Shown: positions 39,287 through 49,490 of the stretch, in pieces
How positions within the stretch are numbered: the stretch's first letter is position 1
How the letters are laid out: each line of letters starts with the position of its first letter
NCBI GenBank assembly: GCA_963777605.1
Contig: CAVZRV010000027.1
Span: 384,001 to 448,000 of the forward strand
Direction: 5' to 3'
DNA: 64,000 nucleotides
Origin: an uncultured Acidobacteriota bacterium
GTDB lineage: Bacteria; Acidobacteriota; UBA6911; RPQK01; JAPXNP01
Position numbers and translations under genes: made by a program
The notes under the pieces: model-generated
Seen by the model: only the letters and a program-made list of their open reading frames with translations
Databases searched by the model: none
Told to the model about the DNA's origin: nothing

Positions 39287-40138
39287 ATGGGAGGATTTAG
39301 CGTACTCAACAATCTGGCCAGTCTGACGGCTCAACAGCAGTCGAGCATCACGCAGATGAACCTGCAGAAGACTCTGTTCCGGCTCTCGAGCGGAAAACGC
39401 ATCGTGAGCGGAGGAGACGATGCGGCAGGTTTGGCCATCGCCGACGGTTTGCAGGCCCAGATTCGTTCGCTGACCCAGTCGGTCCGGAACGCCAACGACG
39501 GGATCGGATTCATGCAGACGGCAGACAGCTCCCTGGGGCAGGTCACCAACCTGCTCAACCGTGCTGCCACCCTGTTAACGCAAGCCGCGACGGACACCAA
39601 CAGCGGATCGGTCAGCAAGATCGAAGCCGAGTTGGCCCAGATCTTCCAGGAAATCGACCGCGTGGGCACAGCGACGCAGTTCAACGGGACCGCCGTCTTT
39701 GACGCAAGTTCCAAGAACGTGTTCATCGGGGACACCACCAATTCGCTGTCGTCTGCCGCATCGGTGTCTTTTACTGTCGGCACCCTCAGCACGGGCGGCC
39801 TCGGCTTGTCGACCGGCGTCACCAACAGCGGCTCCAGCATCTCCGTGTCGATCGGCTCCAGCGCGAAAACCATGCTCGGAGAGGTCAACACCGCGATCAC
39901 CAACGTTGCCACTAATCGCGGTACGCTGGGCGCGAAGATGAACCGGCTGGAAAGTTCGACCAGCATCATGCAGTCGCAGATTCAGAACCTGACGGCCGCC
40001 GAGTCTCAGATCCGCGATGCCGACATGGCCGCGGAAGTCGCCAACATGACCAAGTTCCAGATCCTCTCGCAAGTCGGTCTGGCCACCATGGCCCAGGCGA
40101 ACTCGACCACCCAGGGAGTCCTCTCTCTCCTTCGGTAA
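39287..40138 (+). CDS. fliC: Flagellin
   Basis: RLSSGKRI..DDAAGLAIA, RNANDGI..QTAD, EIDR...T.FNG, RGTLGA.MNRLE, NLTAAESQIRDADMA.E, QAN. Confidence 0.97.
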   Translation: MGGFSVLNNLASLTAQQQSSITQMNLQKTLFRLSSGKRIVSGGDDAAGLAIADGLQAQIRSLTQSVRNANDGIGFMQTADSSLGQVTNLLNRAATLLTQAATDTNSGSVSKIEAELAQIFQEIDRVGTATQFNGTAVFDASSKNVFIGDTTNSLSSAASVSFTVGTLSTGGLGLSTGVTNSGSSISVSIGSSAKTMLGEVNTAITNVATNRGTLGAKMNRLESSTSIMQSQIQNLTAAESQIRDADMAAEVANMTKFQILSQVGLATMAQANSTTQGVLSLLR

Positions 40139-40170
40139 TGGTCGGATCAGAGTCTGGTTACTGACAACAA

Positions 40171-40196
40171 GAGAGCCACCCTTCGGGGTGGCTCTC
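40171..40196 (+). terminator. Perfect 11-bp UUCG-loop hairpin after fliC (partial terminator or mRNA stabiliser)
   Basis: GAGAGCCACCC-TTCG-GGGTGGCTCTC; no U-tract follows. Confidence 0.7.
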
Positions 40197-40215
40197 AACT
40201 ATGGAGAAAGACGCC

Positions 40216-40555
40216 ATGGCTGATCAGACAGTCATCATGAGTCGTCGAGCGGACCGGTGGAACTGGGTTCTCAGACCTTCGACCCTACTCCGGCCCTGCG
40301 CCCTCAAGGGGTGAAGGTACTTCTCGATCGTCGACTCGGAGCGAAGAAACGACTGCGCTCAATCAGAATGACACCCCCGAGAGGGCTGAGAACGCCGTCA
40401 GATTGGTCCGCGACGAAGAGTCCGGCAAGTCGTTCGTCGAAATCCTGGACAAGAAGACCGGGGAAGTCATGTACCAGATCCCGCCTGAAGAAGTCCAGCA
40501 ACTCGCCGAACTGTTGAAGGATATGACCGGTTCAGTAGTTAACACTGTGGCATGA
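40216..40555 (+). CDS. flaG: FlaG family protein, frameshifted near its 5' end (not in ORF track)
   Basis: Manual reading of the C-terminal frame gives VRLVRDEESGKSFVEILDKKTGEVMYQIPPEEVQQLAELLKDMTGSVVNTVA*. ATG at 40216 after GGAG is out of frame (span 340 nt). Position between fliC and fliD fits. Confidence 0.82.
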
Positions 40556-40565
40556 GGAGGCTCTC

Positions 40566-42463
40566 GTGGGTGGTTTTTCGGTCGGAAGTCTGGACGTATC
40601 GTCCCTGGTTTCACAGCTGATGTGGGTTGAACGGGCTCCGGTTCGACAACTGGACTCGCGGATTTCCACCTACCAGAGCAAGATTAGCGCCTATAACAAA
40701 CTGAACTCCAACCTCAGCGAATTGCTATCGAGCCTGAACGACCTCGACGATCCGAGATGCTCTCTCGTCGAAACTGACAACCTCCTCCAGTGAATCAGTT
40801 GTAACAGCAAGCGCTTCCGGGTCTGCTGCAGAGGGAACCTACCAGATTCGAGTCGATCGACTGGCACTGTACGACAACTTCGTGTCGGATGGAAGATTCA
40901 CAACTTCCAGCGAAGCTATCGGCACCGGCTCGTTTGACTTGGTGGTCGGCAGTTCCTCCTACGCCATCACGATCGATTCCTCGAACAACACCCTGGACGG
41001 CCTCCGGAATGCCATCAATGTATCTGGAGCGGCAGTCAACGCGGCGATCGTCAATGACGGGTCGGGATACCGCCTGACTGTCACGAGCGAGGACTCCGGG
41101 TCCGAGAACGCAATTTCAGTGGAGAACAATACGCTCACCCTCTCGGATGGTTCAACGCCGCTGACCCTCTCTCGGACACACGACATCTCCAGCACGAGCG
41201 AACTCGACGCCAGTTTCACCGTCAACGGATTGTCGGCGACCAGTTCCAGCAACCAGGTCAGCGACATCATCGCGGGGGTGACACTTAAGCTGAAAAACGC
41301 CTCCAGTAATACGGCGACGCTGACCGTCTCGAACGATGAGGAAGCCGTCAAGGGAAAGATCGCGTCATTCGTCGAAAGCTACAATGCAGCATACCAGTTC
41401 CTGAATTCGCAGTTCGAAGTCGTTGCTGCAACCGGTAGGGCGGGAGTTCTGGCCGGTGATTCGGTCGCCCGATCGATTCAGTCCCAGCTGGCCGCGGTGG
41501 TCAGTGGGGGAGTCAGCGGTCTGAGCGGAAGCTTGGTGACACTCGGCTCGGTAGGCGTTGAACTGCAGGACGATGGCACGCTGTCCATCAACTCAGCAGT
41601 ACTGGATGACGTCCTCAACAGCAATTTCAGCGATATGGCCGGTCTGTTTGCCACAATGGGCGAAGCGACCAACACACACATTTCGTACATTTCGAATTCC
41701 TCAAAGACGAGTGCGGGAACTTACCAGGTAGACATCACCACCGTACCGGAAGCGGCCACAGTGACTGCGCCAAACGCTATCGCTACGACCCTTGGAGTAG
41801 ACGAAGTCCTCACCTTCACCATGGGAGACCTGAACTCCCAGGTGACCTTGACGAGCGACCTGACGCTGGAAGAGGTAGTTCAAGCTATCAACTCACAACT
41901 GGAGGCCGACGACCTGGCGCTTTACCGCCACGCAATCCGGCACAAGTCTGGTTCTGACATCCGATCACATGGGAGACGATTTTTCCTTTACCGTGTCTTC
42001 GAACGTTGACGGCACAGGAACGGGCATCGGGTCCGCCGGGCTTTCCGACAGTGGCGTCTCGGTTGCGGGGAGCTTCACAGACACGACGACGGGCACAGTC
42101 TACGAGGCAGCGGGAAATGGCAAAACGCTGACAGGGACTTCGGGAAGTGCCGAAGGCCTCAAAATCCAGTTCAGCGGAACGTCCACGGGCACATATGGCG
42201 AAGTCAATCTGACTCTCGGATTCGCGGCCCGGCTTTCTCGTCTCGCGACCACCTTAACGGATTCGCTCGAGGGCCCGATCCATACGGCCATCGAAGGGTA
42301 CAAAACCAACATTCAATCCATCAACGATGACATCGAAAGCATCGAACTTCGCCTGACGCAACGCGAAAGTTACCTGACCGATCAATTTACCCGGGCCAAC
42401 CAGGCCCTCCAACAACTCTCGTACCTCCAGTCCTCGTTGAGCTCTCAACTCAACTCGCTCTAG
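40566..42463 (+). CDS. fliD: Flagellar filament cap protein FliD, split by two frameshifts (about 40760 and 41922)
   Basis: LDVSSLVSQLM.VERAP, TLDGLRNAIN, LDA.FTVNG, GVTLKL, I.SFVESYN, L.GDS..R.IQ, C-terminal RL..RE.YL..QF. Confidence 0.9.
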
Positions 42464-42479
42464 TAGAAAGGAACTCTAG

Positions 42480-42956
42480 ATGGCGCTCGGACAGAACTTC
42501 ACCAGCCAATACCGATCGATGGAAGTAAATGCGGCGGATCCACTGGAGCTCGTCATTTTGCTTTACAAGGGCGCTATTAAAGAGGTTCGCCTGGCGCAGA
42601 AGTATCTCGGAAGCGGCGACACCGGACCGCGTGTTAGCTCGATCAACAAGACCATCGCCATCATCGGAGAACTTCAGGCGAGTCTCGACGCGAAGAAAGG
42701 GGGCCAGATAGCCAGGTCACTGGACCGCCTTTATACGTACATGATTCGCAGGCTGACCACGGCGAACGTGCAACGTAGCACGGAACCTCTGGATGATGTC
42801 GCCCGGCTGCTCGAGAACCTGCTGTCCGGATGGGAGGGTGCCCAGGCCAAGCAGCAGGAGGAAAAACCGATTGGCCGACGTCCCAATATCCCGAACGGGC
42901 CCCACGACCACCTCACACCTGGCCATGGTGGGGACTCGGTATCGTTTTCCTATTGA
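42480..42956 (+). CDS. fliS: Flagellin export chaperone FliS
   Basis: A.P.ELVILLY.GAI, K..AII.EL.ASLD..KGG.IA.SL..LY.YM, LL.GW. Confidence 0.93.
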   Translation: MALGQNFTSQYRSMEVNAADPLELVILLYKGAIKEVRLAQKYLGSGDTGPRVSSINKTIAIIGELQASLDAKKGGQIARSLDRLYTYMIRRLTTANVQRSTEPLDDVARLLENLLSGWEGAQAKQQEEKPIGRRPNIPNGPHDHLTPGHGGDSVSFSY

Positions 42957-42962
42957 TCCGCT

Positions 42963-43310
42963 ATGATACAGGACTATCAGAAGTTACCGGAATTGCTTCA
43001 TCGTCAGCGGACAGCGTTGGCCGAGAACGACGCAACAGTTCTCGAGTCGATCAACCGTGAAATCGGTGACCTATCTAACCGCATTGTCAACCACAGTCTC
43101 GCCTTGGGGCGGCTGGAGGGAGAGACAAAAGCCCAACTGAGAGCGCTGATCGAACAGGCACAACTGGCGGTCAGCCAGAACCTCCAGCTCTGGCAGGAGG
43201 CGATGGCCCAGATTCAAGGAGCCCGCAGTCAACTGCAGTCCACTCGCCGTTTCTACAACAGCCTCCAAAATCAGTCCAAAACCGGCATCCGATACTCCAA
43301 AACGGGCTGA
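42963..43310 (+). CDS. Helical hypothetical protein, FliT/FlgN-like chaperone candidate
   Basis: All-helical 115-aa ORF directly after fliS; assignment by synteny only. Confidence 0.6.
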   Translation: MIQDYQKLPELLHRQRTALAENDATVLESINREIGDLSNRIVNHSLALGRLEGETKAQLRALIEQAQLAVSQNLQLWQEAMAQIQGARSQLQSTRRFYNSLQNQSKTGIRYSKTG

Positions 43311-43458
43311 AGGCGGCGCTCCGTAGAGCGACCTCCCCTGGAAGTTGCGAAAGGTCCCGCAAGCAGATGCTTAATTACCAACCCCTTCCACACAATCCAA
43401 TCCCGTCGAGAACTCCCGCACCCCGACCCTTCATCGCCAACATCAGTAGACCCGGCAC

Positions 43459-43476
43459 GCGTCAAACCTCTGACGC
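43459..43476. promoter_or_regulatory. Palindromic upstream activator site (FleQ/FlrA-type GTCA-N6-TGAC)
   Basis: GCGTCA-AACCTC-TGACGC, about 125 nt upstream of the sigma54 -24 element. Confidence 0.55.
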
Positions 43477-43597
43477 TTTCCCACGAACACCCTCCAGATA
43501 ACCACTTCGCCTAACTTTCCACCAAAACCTCTGCAAAAGAATCACTTACGGTCAAATCCGCAGGAACTGCGTCCATTTCGAAGAAGAATCAAGACAC

Positions 43598-43613
43598 TGG
43601 CATGGTTTATGCT
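43598..43613 (+). promoter_or_regulatory. Sigma54 promoter of the glycosylation operon
   Basis: TGGCATGGTTTATGCT has exact GG-N10-GC spacing and ends 23 nt before ATG 43637. Confidence 0.7.
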
Positions 43614-43636
43614 TTATGCTTCCATTGAGGCAGACT

Positions 43637-44011
43637 ATGGAGAATCGACAGCAGATTATGCAGGAAGCCATCAACCAGGCCTACCAGCACGCCGGAGAAC
43701 TGCGTTCCATGTGTGCCCAGGCGGGCGACCAGTTCCGCGCCGGCCAGAACGACGACGGAATGGCGAGCCTCCGCCACGTTCTGAACGGCGTCGGCTGCAT
43801 CGCCCAGGCCATTCACGTCACAGTGCCCCTGCAGAAATCGAAAGGGATCGAATTAGATCTGACCGCGCTCCCCGGAATGCTGGAACCCCTCGTCGAAGCG
43901 TTGGAGAATCGCGACTTCGTCCTGCTGGGCGAGCTGGTCACGTATGAGATGGAGCCAATCCTCGAAGGATGGCATCAGAAACTGGCGGAACTGAGCAGGG
44001 AAGAGGCCTGA
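43637..44011 (+). CDS. Hypothetical helical protein of flagellar glycosylation loci
   Basis: GAGG SD; C-terminal LVEALENRDFVLLGELVTYEMEPILEGW resembles motifs recalled from Maf-associated proteins. Confidence 0.7.
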   Translation: MENRQQIMQEAINQAYQHAGELRSMCAQAGDQFRAGQNDDGMASLRHVLNGVGCIAQAIHVTVPLQKSKGIELDLTALPGMLEPLVEALENRDFVLLGELVTYEMEPILEGWHQKLAELSREEA

Positions 44012-44118
44012 CTGAATCAATTCCTCGGCAGTACTCCCGAGAGAGGTGGCAGGATTTCAGTCGAGAGGCTTCTCCGTTCCCGGAGACCGAGGCAGTACTG
44101 AAGGAGAACATCGAGCAG

Positions 44119-45176
44119 GTGCAATCAGCCCTTGAAGGCAAGACGATCCTGATCACCGGAGGAACCGGTTCCTTCGGCCGTGAATTCGTCCAGAAGGCGC
44201 TCACCGAATACCGTCCCAAGCGGCTGATCGTGTTTAGTCGCGACGAACTCAAGCAGCACGAAATGCGGGCTGGATACACCGACTCACGGTTGACGTTCTT
44301 CATCGGGGACGTTCGAGATCGTGACCGGCTTCACCGGGCGTTTCAGGCCGATGTAGACGTGGTAATTCATGCGGCGGCACTGAAGCAGGTTCCGGCGTGT
44401 GAGTACAACCCTTTTGAAGCAGTCAAGACAAACGTCCTCGGGGCGCAGAACATTATTGACGCGGCGATCGACTGTGAAGTTCCGCGAGTGATTGCTCTCA
44501 GCACCGACAAAGCGGTCAACCCGGCAAACATTTACGGGGCGAGCAAGCTTTGTGCCGAGAAACTCTTTATCCATGGCAATTCCTACGCCGGAGATCGGGT
44601 CACGCGGTTGTGCTGTGTGCGGTATGGCAACGTCCTGGGCAGCCGCGGCAGCGCCCTTCCCGTCTTTCTGAGACAAAAACGGGCGGGAACGATAACCGTG
44701 ACCGACCGCCGGATGACTCGCTTCTGGATCCGCCTCGACCACGCGGTGGAATTTGTGATCAGCTGCATCAACCTCATGCGGGGGGAGAGGTCTTCGTCCC
44801 CAAGATTCCCAGCATGTCGGTCCTCGAACTGGCTAAGATCCTGGCTCCCGATTGCTCCGTCCGGTTCACCGGGATTCGCCCGGGCGAAAAGCTCCACGAG
44901 GTCCTGGTGTCACCCGAGGAGGCCCGCCATACCATCGAGTTGCCCGATCGGTACGTCATCCTGCCTGAGAACCCTTCCTGGCGGATCAGCGAACACTGGA
45001 AAGGAGATGCCCTTCCGGAGCAATTCTCCTTCAACAGCGACCAGAACAGCCTGCGTCTGACGCCTCAACAATTGCTCGACTGCCTGGAGTCGGGAACCGG
45101 CACCTGGCATCATCCGCCTGAATCTGATCAAGATGAAACTCAAGACGTCGATACCTTACAGCCGGCAGTGGATTGA
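44119..45176 (+). CDS. pseB: UDP-N-acetylglucosamine 4,6-dehydratase (inverting), frameshifted at a G-run (44780-44785)
   Basis: ITGGTGSFG, SRDELKQ, HAAALKQVPACEYNP.EAVKTN, STDKA.NP, RYGNVLGSRGS, MTRFWI; continues as GGEVFVPKIPSM and GIRPGEKLHE. Confidence 0.9.
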
Positions 45177-46284
45177 AGAGGACGACGTCGAGGCCGTCTC
45201 CGTAGTGCTCAGGTCTGCCTTCTTGACCACGGGCCCCAAAGTGGATGAATTCGAGTCGGCAATCGCCCGCTTCGTCGGCACGCGAGAGGCCGTCGCCGTC
45301 AGTAGCGGGACCGCGGCGCTCCACACCGCAATGGCCTGCCTCGGGTTGAAAGCGGGGGATGAAGTCATCGTCCCCTGCATGACCTTTGTCGCTACCGCAA
45401 ATGCCGCCGTCTACTGTGGTGCCACGCCCGTCTTCGCCGATGTCGATCCCGAAACGCTGTTGGTCCATCCGCAGAGTGTCGAACGGTTGATCACTGCCAA
45501 GACCCGAGTGATTGTCGGGGTGGACTACGCTGGTCAACCCTGCGACTACCCGGCACTGCGCGAGTTGGCCCGATCCGCCGGCGTCACCCTGATGGCCGAT
45601 GCCTGCCATGCCCTCGGGGCCGCAGACGGCACTCAGAAGGTTGGCTCCCTGGCGGACGCCACCGTCTTCAGCTTCCATCCTGTCAAGCCGATTACCACAG
45701 GCGAAGGTGGCATGATCACGACAGATAACACCGCCCTGGCCGATCGGATGAGGGCATTCCGGAACCACGGCATCGACCGGGACTTCAAGCACCGCAACGA
45801 GACGGGTTCCTGGGCGTACGAGATGGTGAACATCGGCTTCAATTACCGGCTGTCCGACATCCACTGCGCCCTGGGCCTCAGCCAGTTGGCGAAGTGCGAA
45901 AGCCGGAGACAGCGACGAGAGGAAATTGCCTGCCGTTATCAGGCGGCATTTGAAAGGATAGAGGGCGTCCGGCGCCTTTCCACAAGACCTGGAACCACCC
46001 ACGCCTGGCACCTCTTCATCGTCCGGGTAGACTTCAAGACTCTCGGTAGAACACGGCAGCAGGTGTTTTCATCTTTGCGGGAACGTGGAATCGGCGTCAA
46101 CGTGCACTACCTGCCGGTACATCTCCACGAGTACTACCGAAAACAGTGGGGTACCGGCCCAAGCCTCTGCCCGACGGCGGAGGCAGCATACGAGGAACTC
46201 CTGTCACTCCCCATCCACGCCGCAATGACCGACGCCGAGGTGGAACAAGTCGTTAAAACGTTCAAAGAGGTCCTCGGGCAATGA
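45133..46284 (+). CDS. pseC: PseC-type DegT/DnrJ PLP aminotransferase
   Basis: IPYSRQWI, LTTGPKV, SGTAALH, TFVATAN, DACHALG, SFHPVK.ITTGEGG, GFNYRLSDI, VHYLPVH. Confidence 0.9.
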   Translation: MKLKTSIPYSRQWIEEDDVEAVSVVLRSAFLTTGPKVDEFESAIARFVGTREAVAVSSGTAALHTAMACLGLKAGDEVIVPCMTFVATANAAVYCGATPVFADVDPETLLVHPQSVERLITAKTRVIVGVDYAGQPCDYPALRELARSAGVTLMADACHALGAADGTQKVGSLADATVFSFHPVKPITTGEGGMITTDNTALADRMRAFRNHGIDRDFKHRNETGSWAYEMVNIGFNYRLSDIHCALGLSQLAKCESRRQRREEIACRYQAAFERIEGVRRLSTRPGTTHAWHLFIVRVDFKTLGRTRQQVFSSLRERGIGVNVHYLPVHLHEYYRKQWGTGPSLCPTAEAAYEELLSLPIHAAMTDAEVEQVVKTFKEVLGQ

Positions 46285-46399
46285 AGTCGCTCGCCGAGGT
46301 GATCAAAGAGGGAAACGAAATTCGGGCCGGTGGGATACCAGTCAACGAGTCATTTCTCTTGCGACTGCCTCACTTGAAACTTCAATCGGGCTGTGTCAA

Positions 46400-46427
46400 G
46401 TTCCTGGTTCCTGGTTCCTGGTTCCTG
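46400..46427. repeat. Tandem heptamer (GTTCCTG)x4 followed by two GC-rich hairpins
   Basis: gttcctg repeated four times, then CCAGGCAG-GCC-CTGCCTGG and CCGGGCA-GCT-TGCCCGG. Confidence 0.85.
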
Positions 46428-46697
46428 GTGGAGGGTAATCCAGGCAGGCCCTGCCTGGCATGTCTCCCGGGCAGCTTGCCCGGCGAGTCTCGTTCCTAAG
46501 GCTTCAATTGGAGACTTCGAGTTAAAACGCGAAATCGCGAAGGTCACCAAGGCTATTATTGTTGAAAAAACAGGAATTACTCGCACTCTTGGTGCCTTAG
46601 CGATTGAATACTCGATGCAAGTTTCACACGTTGAACGGTTCAGCACCGCCCGGGGCCGGGCTTACCTGAAATCCCAAACCTCGTCGGATTATCAAAA

Positions 46698-48572
46698 ATG
46701 CCACTGACCGTCGAGACCCTCACGGCGAAAAACGGCCAAACCACACTCCGGCTCCTCCTGGAGGATGGCCGAAAAATCTATCTCCACAGCGCCTACGATC
46801 CCGAACGAGAGGCACGTCAATGGGCCGAGAACGCAAATTTCGGCCCAAACGACGTCGTCGTCCTTTTCGGCTGCGGCGCCGGCCACGCCCTGGGAGCGTT
46901 GCGCCCTCGCCTCGGCAGGGCCAATCACGTCCTGGCCCTCGATCCCCTAGGCGCAAAGATCCCTCCCGGAATTGATCCCCTTAAGAACCATTTGAAGGAT
47001 CCGAGGATCCAGAGGGTCGAGACATTCTCCGAGTTCAGAAGCGCCTACGACCAGATCGAAAACGCCTGCTGGAAGGGCCTTTCCCTGGTCCGACTGTCGA
47101 TTTACGAACAGCTCTTCCCGGAAGCACTCAAGGAACTGGCTCAATGGTTCGGCCGCCAGACAAACACGCTCCAGACGCATCGCGCCACGGTCTTCGCAGC
47201 GGCTCGGCTTTGGCAGAAGAACCTCTTTCAGAACCTGCTCCAGCTACCGAGCTCGGGTACCGTCAGTTCGGCGTTCGGCCAATTCAAGGACAAGCCCGCC
47301 ATAATCGTCTCAGCGGGCCCTTCCCTGACCAAGAATATGCATCTTCTTCGGGAAGCTCGGAATCGGGCCCTCATAATCGCTACGGGCACCGCGGCGCGGC
47401 TACTCGCCCTTGAAGGACTTCCGTACCACGTCGTGATCAGCGTGGACCCCAACCCAGTGAACTGGCCGGCTCACTTCGAAGGCATATCCCACGAAGGGGC
47501 CGTTCTCGCGTACGACATCACGACAACGCCTCGAGTGGTGGCATCGCACCAGGGTCCAAAAGCCGCCTTCTGTTCCCTGCCCGATTGCCGGTGGCTGGAT
47601 CGGTATCTTTCCGCACCCTTGGGCCTGATCAAGACCGGCGGATCGGTTGCCAACATCGCCTTCGACATGGCGGTCCAACTGGGCGCCGACCCGATCATCC
47701 TGATCGGTCAGGACCTCTCCTATTCGGAGGGGTTGATGAATGCGGCGGGAACTTATCATGACCGGCTTGCGCATCGAATTCCTCCCGGATGGTTCGAGAA
47801 ATCGCGGGAGGAACTCGAAGAACTGGTCGCAGCCCGTCCCGGCTTGGCCTATCTCTCAAAAAAGGGGCGAATCGCAGTGCCGGGAATCGCTGGGCAGCCG
47901 GTCTGGACCGACCGGACTCTGTTCGGTTTTCTCTGCTGGTTCGAGGAAGCCATTCGAGACCTTGGAAACGAACACAGAGTGGTCAACGCCACCGAAGGAG
48001 GGGCAGAGATTCAGGGAAGTCTGGTCCGGACGCTCGCAGCAACGCTGGACGAGTTCTGCCCGAGGAGCCTATCGGACGAATTGGCGGGAATCCTCCACAA
48101 ACTCTCTACCCCCGCACGACTCGAGGTGGGTGATCTCGTCGATCACCTGAAGCGCGGTCTAGCGGATACCCACAGCCTGAACGGTGCCTGCCAGAGGGCT
48201 CTGATTCTGGTGGACGAAGGCCGAGACAAAGCACAGGGGAAACTGGACCGGGAGATCCTGGCGAACATTGACAAGTTGAAGAGCCTTCTTCACTTCTCCC
48301 TGGTCCCGACGTTGGTCAGGCTCCAGGAACTGCCGACCAGTGGGTCCCCTGATTGGGCAAAATTGCGCAGGTCGTTCTACGAGCACCTTGAGGAGACCTT
48401 GGGCGAAGACCGAGCCAATATGGAAACAGTGATTGCGGCAATGAGCCGCCGGCAACACAGAGCGTCCGAGCCTGAAGGGCAGTCGCCTAGTGTCGACAAT
48501 AGATGCGAGAATACCGACTCTGCTGATGGGGTGAAATGCGGATTCAATGACGACTTCGAAACACATTCGTGA
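46698..48572 (+). CDS. maf: Motility-associated factor (Maf, DUF115) flagellin glycosyltransferase
   Basis: YLHSAYDPEREA, FG.GAGH, PAIIVSAGPSL.KN, GGSVAN.AF, LGADPIILIGQDL.Y, NATEGGA.I.G. Confidence 0.9.
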   Translation: MPLTVETLTAKNGQTTLRLLLEDGRKIYLHSAYDPEREARQWAENANFGPNDVVVLFGCGAGHALGALRPRLGRANHVLALDPLGAKIPPGIDPLKNHLKDPRIQRVETFSEFRSAYDQIENACWKGLSLVRLSIYEQLFPEALKELAQWFGRQTNTLQTHRATVFAAARLWQKNLFQNLLQLPSSGTVSSAFGQFKDKPAIIVSAGPSLTKNMHLLREARNRALIIATGTAARLLALEGLPYHVVISVDPNPVNWPAHFEGISHEGAVLAYDITTTPRVVASHQGPKAAFCSLPDCRWLDRYLSAPLGLIKTGGSVANIAFDMAVQLGADPIILIGQDLSYSEGLMNAAGTYHDRLAHRIPPGWFEKSREELEELVAARPGLAYLSKKGRIAVPGIAGQPVWTDRTLFGFLCWFEEAIRDLGNEHRVVNATEGGAEIQGSLVRTLAATLDEFCPRSLSDELAGILHKLSTPARLEVGDLVDHLKRGLADTHSLNGACQRALILVDEGRDKAQGKLDREILANIDKLKSLLHFSLVPTLVRLQELPTSGSPDWAKLRRSFYEHLEETLGEDRANMETVIAAMSRRQHRASEPEGQSPSVDNRCENTDSADGVKCGFNDDFETHS

Positions 48573-49338
48573 GTTATTTGACCTGACGGACCAAGTCGCA
48601 ATCGTGACGGGGGGAGCAGGAAAAGGTTACGGCCGTCAATGCGTTGAGGCACTGGCTGAAGCAGGGGCAACCGTCATTCTGACATCCCGCCAAGAAGACA
48701 AAGCAACCGCAGCCGCAGCGGATTTCGCTGCCGCCGGCCTGAACGTTGAAGGGGCTGTCCTCGAACTCGCGCATCCGGAATCGATCGACCGCTTGGTCCA
48801 GCAGACAGCGGACCGCCACGGTCGGATCGACATCCTCGTCAACAACGCAGTAAGCAATATCATGGCTTCAGTGGAAGAGATGACGGTGGACCAATGGAAT
48901 GGGATCTTGGCGGTAAACCTCACCGGCCCAATGCTGATTTCCCGAAGAGTAGCCGCTGTAATGCGGGAGGCCGGCTCCGGATCAATCGTCAACATCTCCA
49001 GCATCTACGGCATGGTTGCTCCTGATCCATCGATCTACGGGTCCTCCGGCCTGAACAGCCCCCTCTCCTACGGGGTGAGCAAAGCGGGCCTACTTCAGAT
49101 GACTCGATACCTGGCCGTTCACTGGGCCCCAAAGATCCGGGTCAACAGCATCACCGCCGGAGGCCTCTTCGCCGGCCAGGATCCAACATTCTTCGAACGC
49201 TATTGCGCCCGGACCCCCCTACAGAGAATGGGCGATTCGGACGATTTAAAGGGAGCGGTCGTCTATCTCGCGGCGGACGCGTCGAGATGGGTCACCGGAC
49301 AGAACTTGGTCGTCGACGGCGGCTGGACAATCTGGTAG
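48547..49338 (+). CDS. SDR oxidoreductase (PtmA/flagellin modification protein A-like)
   Basis: TGGAGKGYG, NNA, NISSIYG.VAPD..IY, YGVSKAG..QMTRYLA, TGQNLVVDGGWT. Confidence 0.85.
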   Translation: MTTSKHIRELFDLTDQVAIVTGGAGKGYGRQCVEALAEAGATVILTSRQEDKATAAAADFAAAGLNVEGAVLELAHPESIDRLVQQTADRHGRIDILVNNAVSNIMASVEEMTVDQWNGILAVNLTGPMLISRRVAAVMREAGSGSIVNISSIYGMVAPDPSIYGSSGLNSPLSYGVSKAGLLQMTRYLAVHWAPKIRVNSITAGGLFAGQDPTFFERYCARTPLQRMGDSDDLKGAVVYLAADASRWVTGQNLVVDGGWTIW

Positions 49339-49490
49339 ATTTCGCCTCCGGCCGTCGGATGGCGAATTGGGCAGGTCACGAGCACCCGTAAGTGACGGGG
49401 CGAAGCGATCCCCGGCCTGTGCCTGATCCCGGTGAAAGACAAGTTTCAATTTCTAAATGATACGGGCCGGGCGGCGGGAGCGGGGCTAAC

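Noticed and set aside
46393-46707. 104-aa ORF upstream of maf
   Set aside because: It begins within the heptamer repeat, has no SD and no recognisable motif; probably non-coding or a remnant.
49341-49420. Hairpins between the SDR and AKR genes as an ncRNA or REP
   Set aside because: Short imperfect stems with no second copy in the window; insufficient support.
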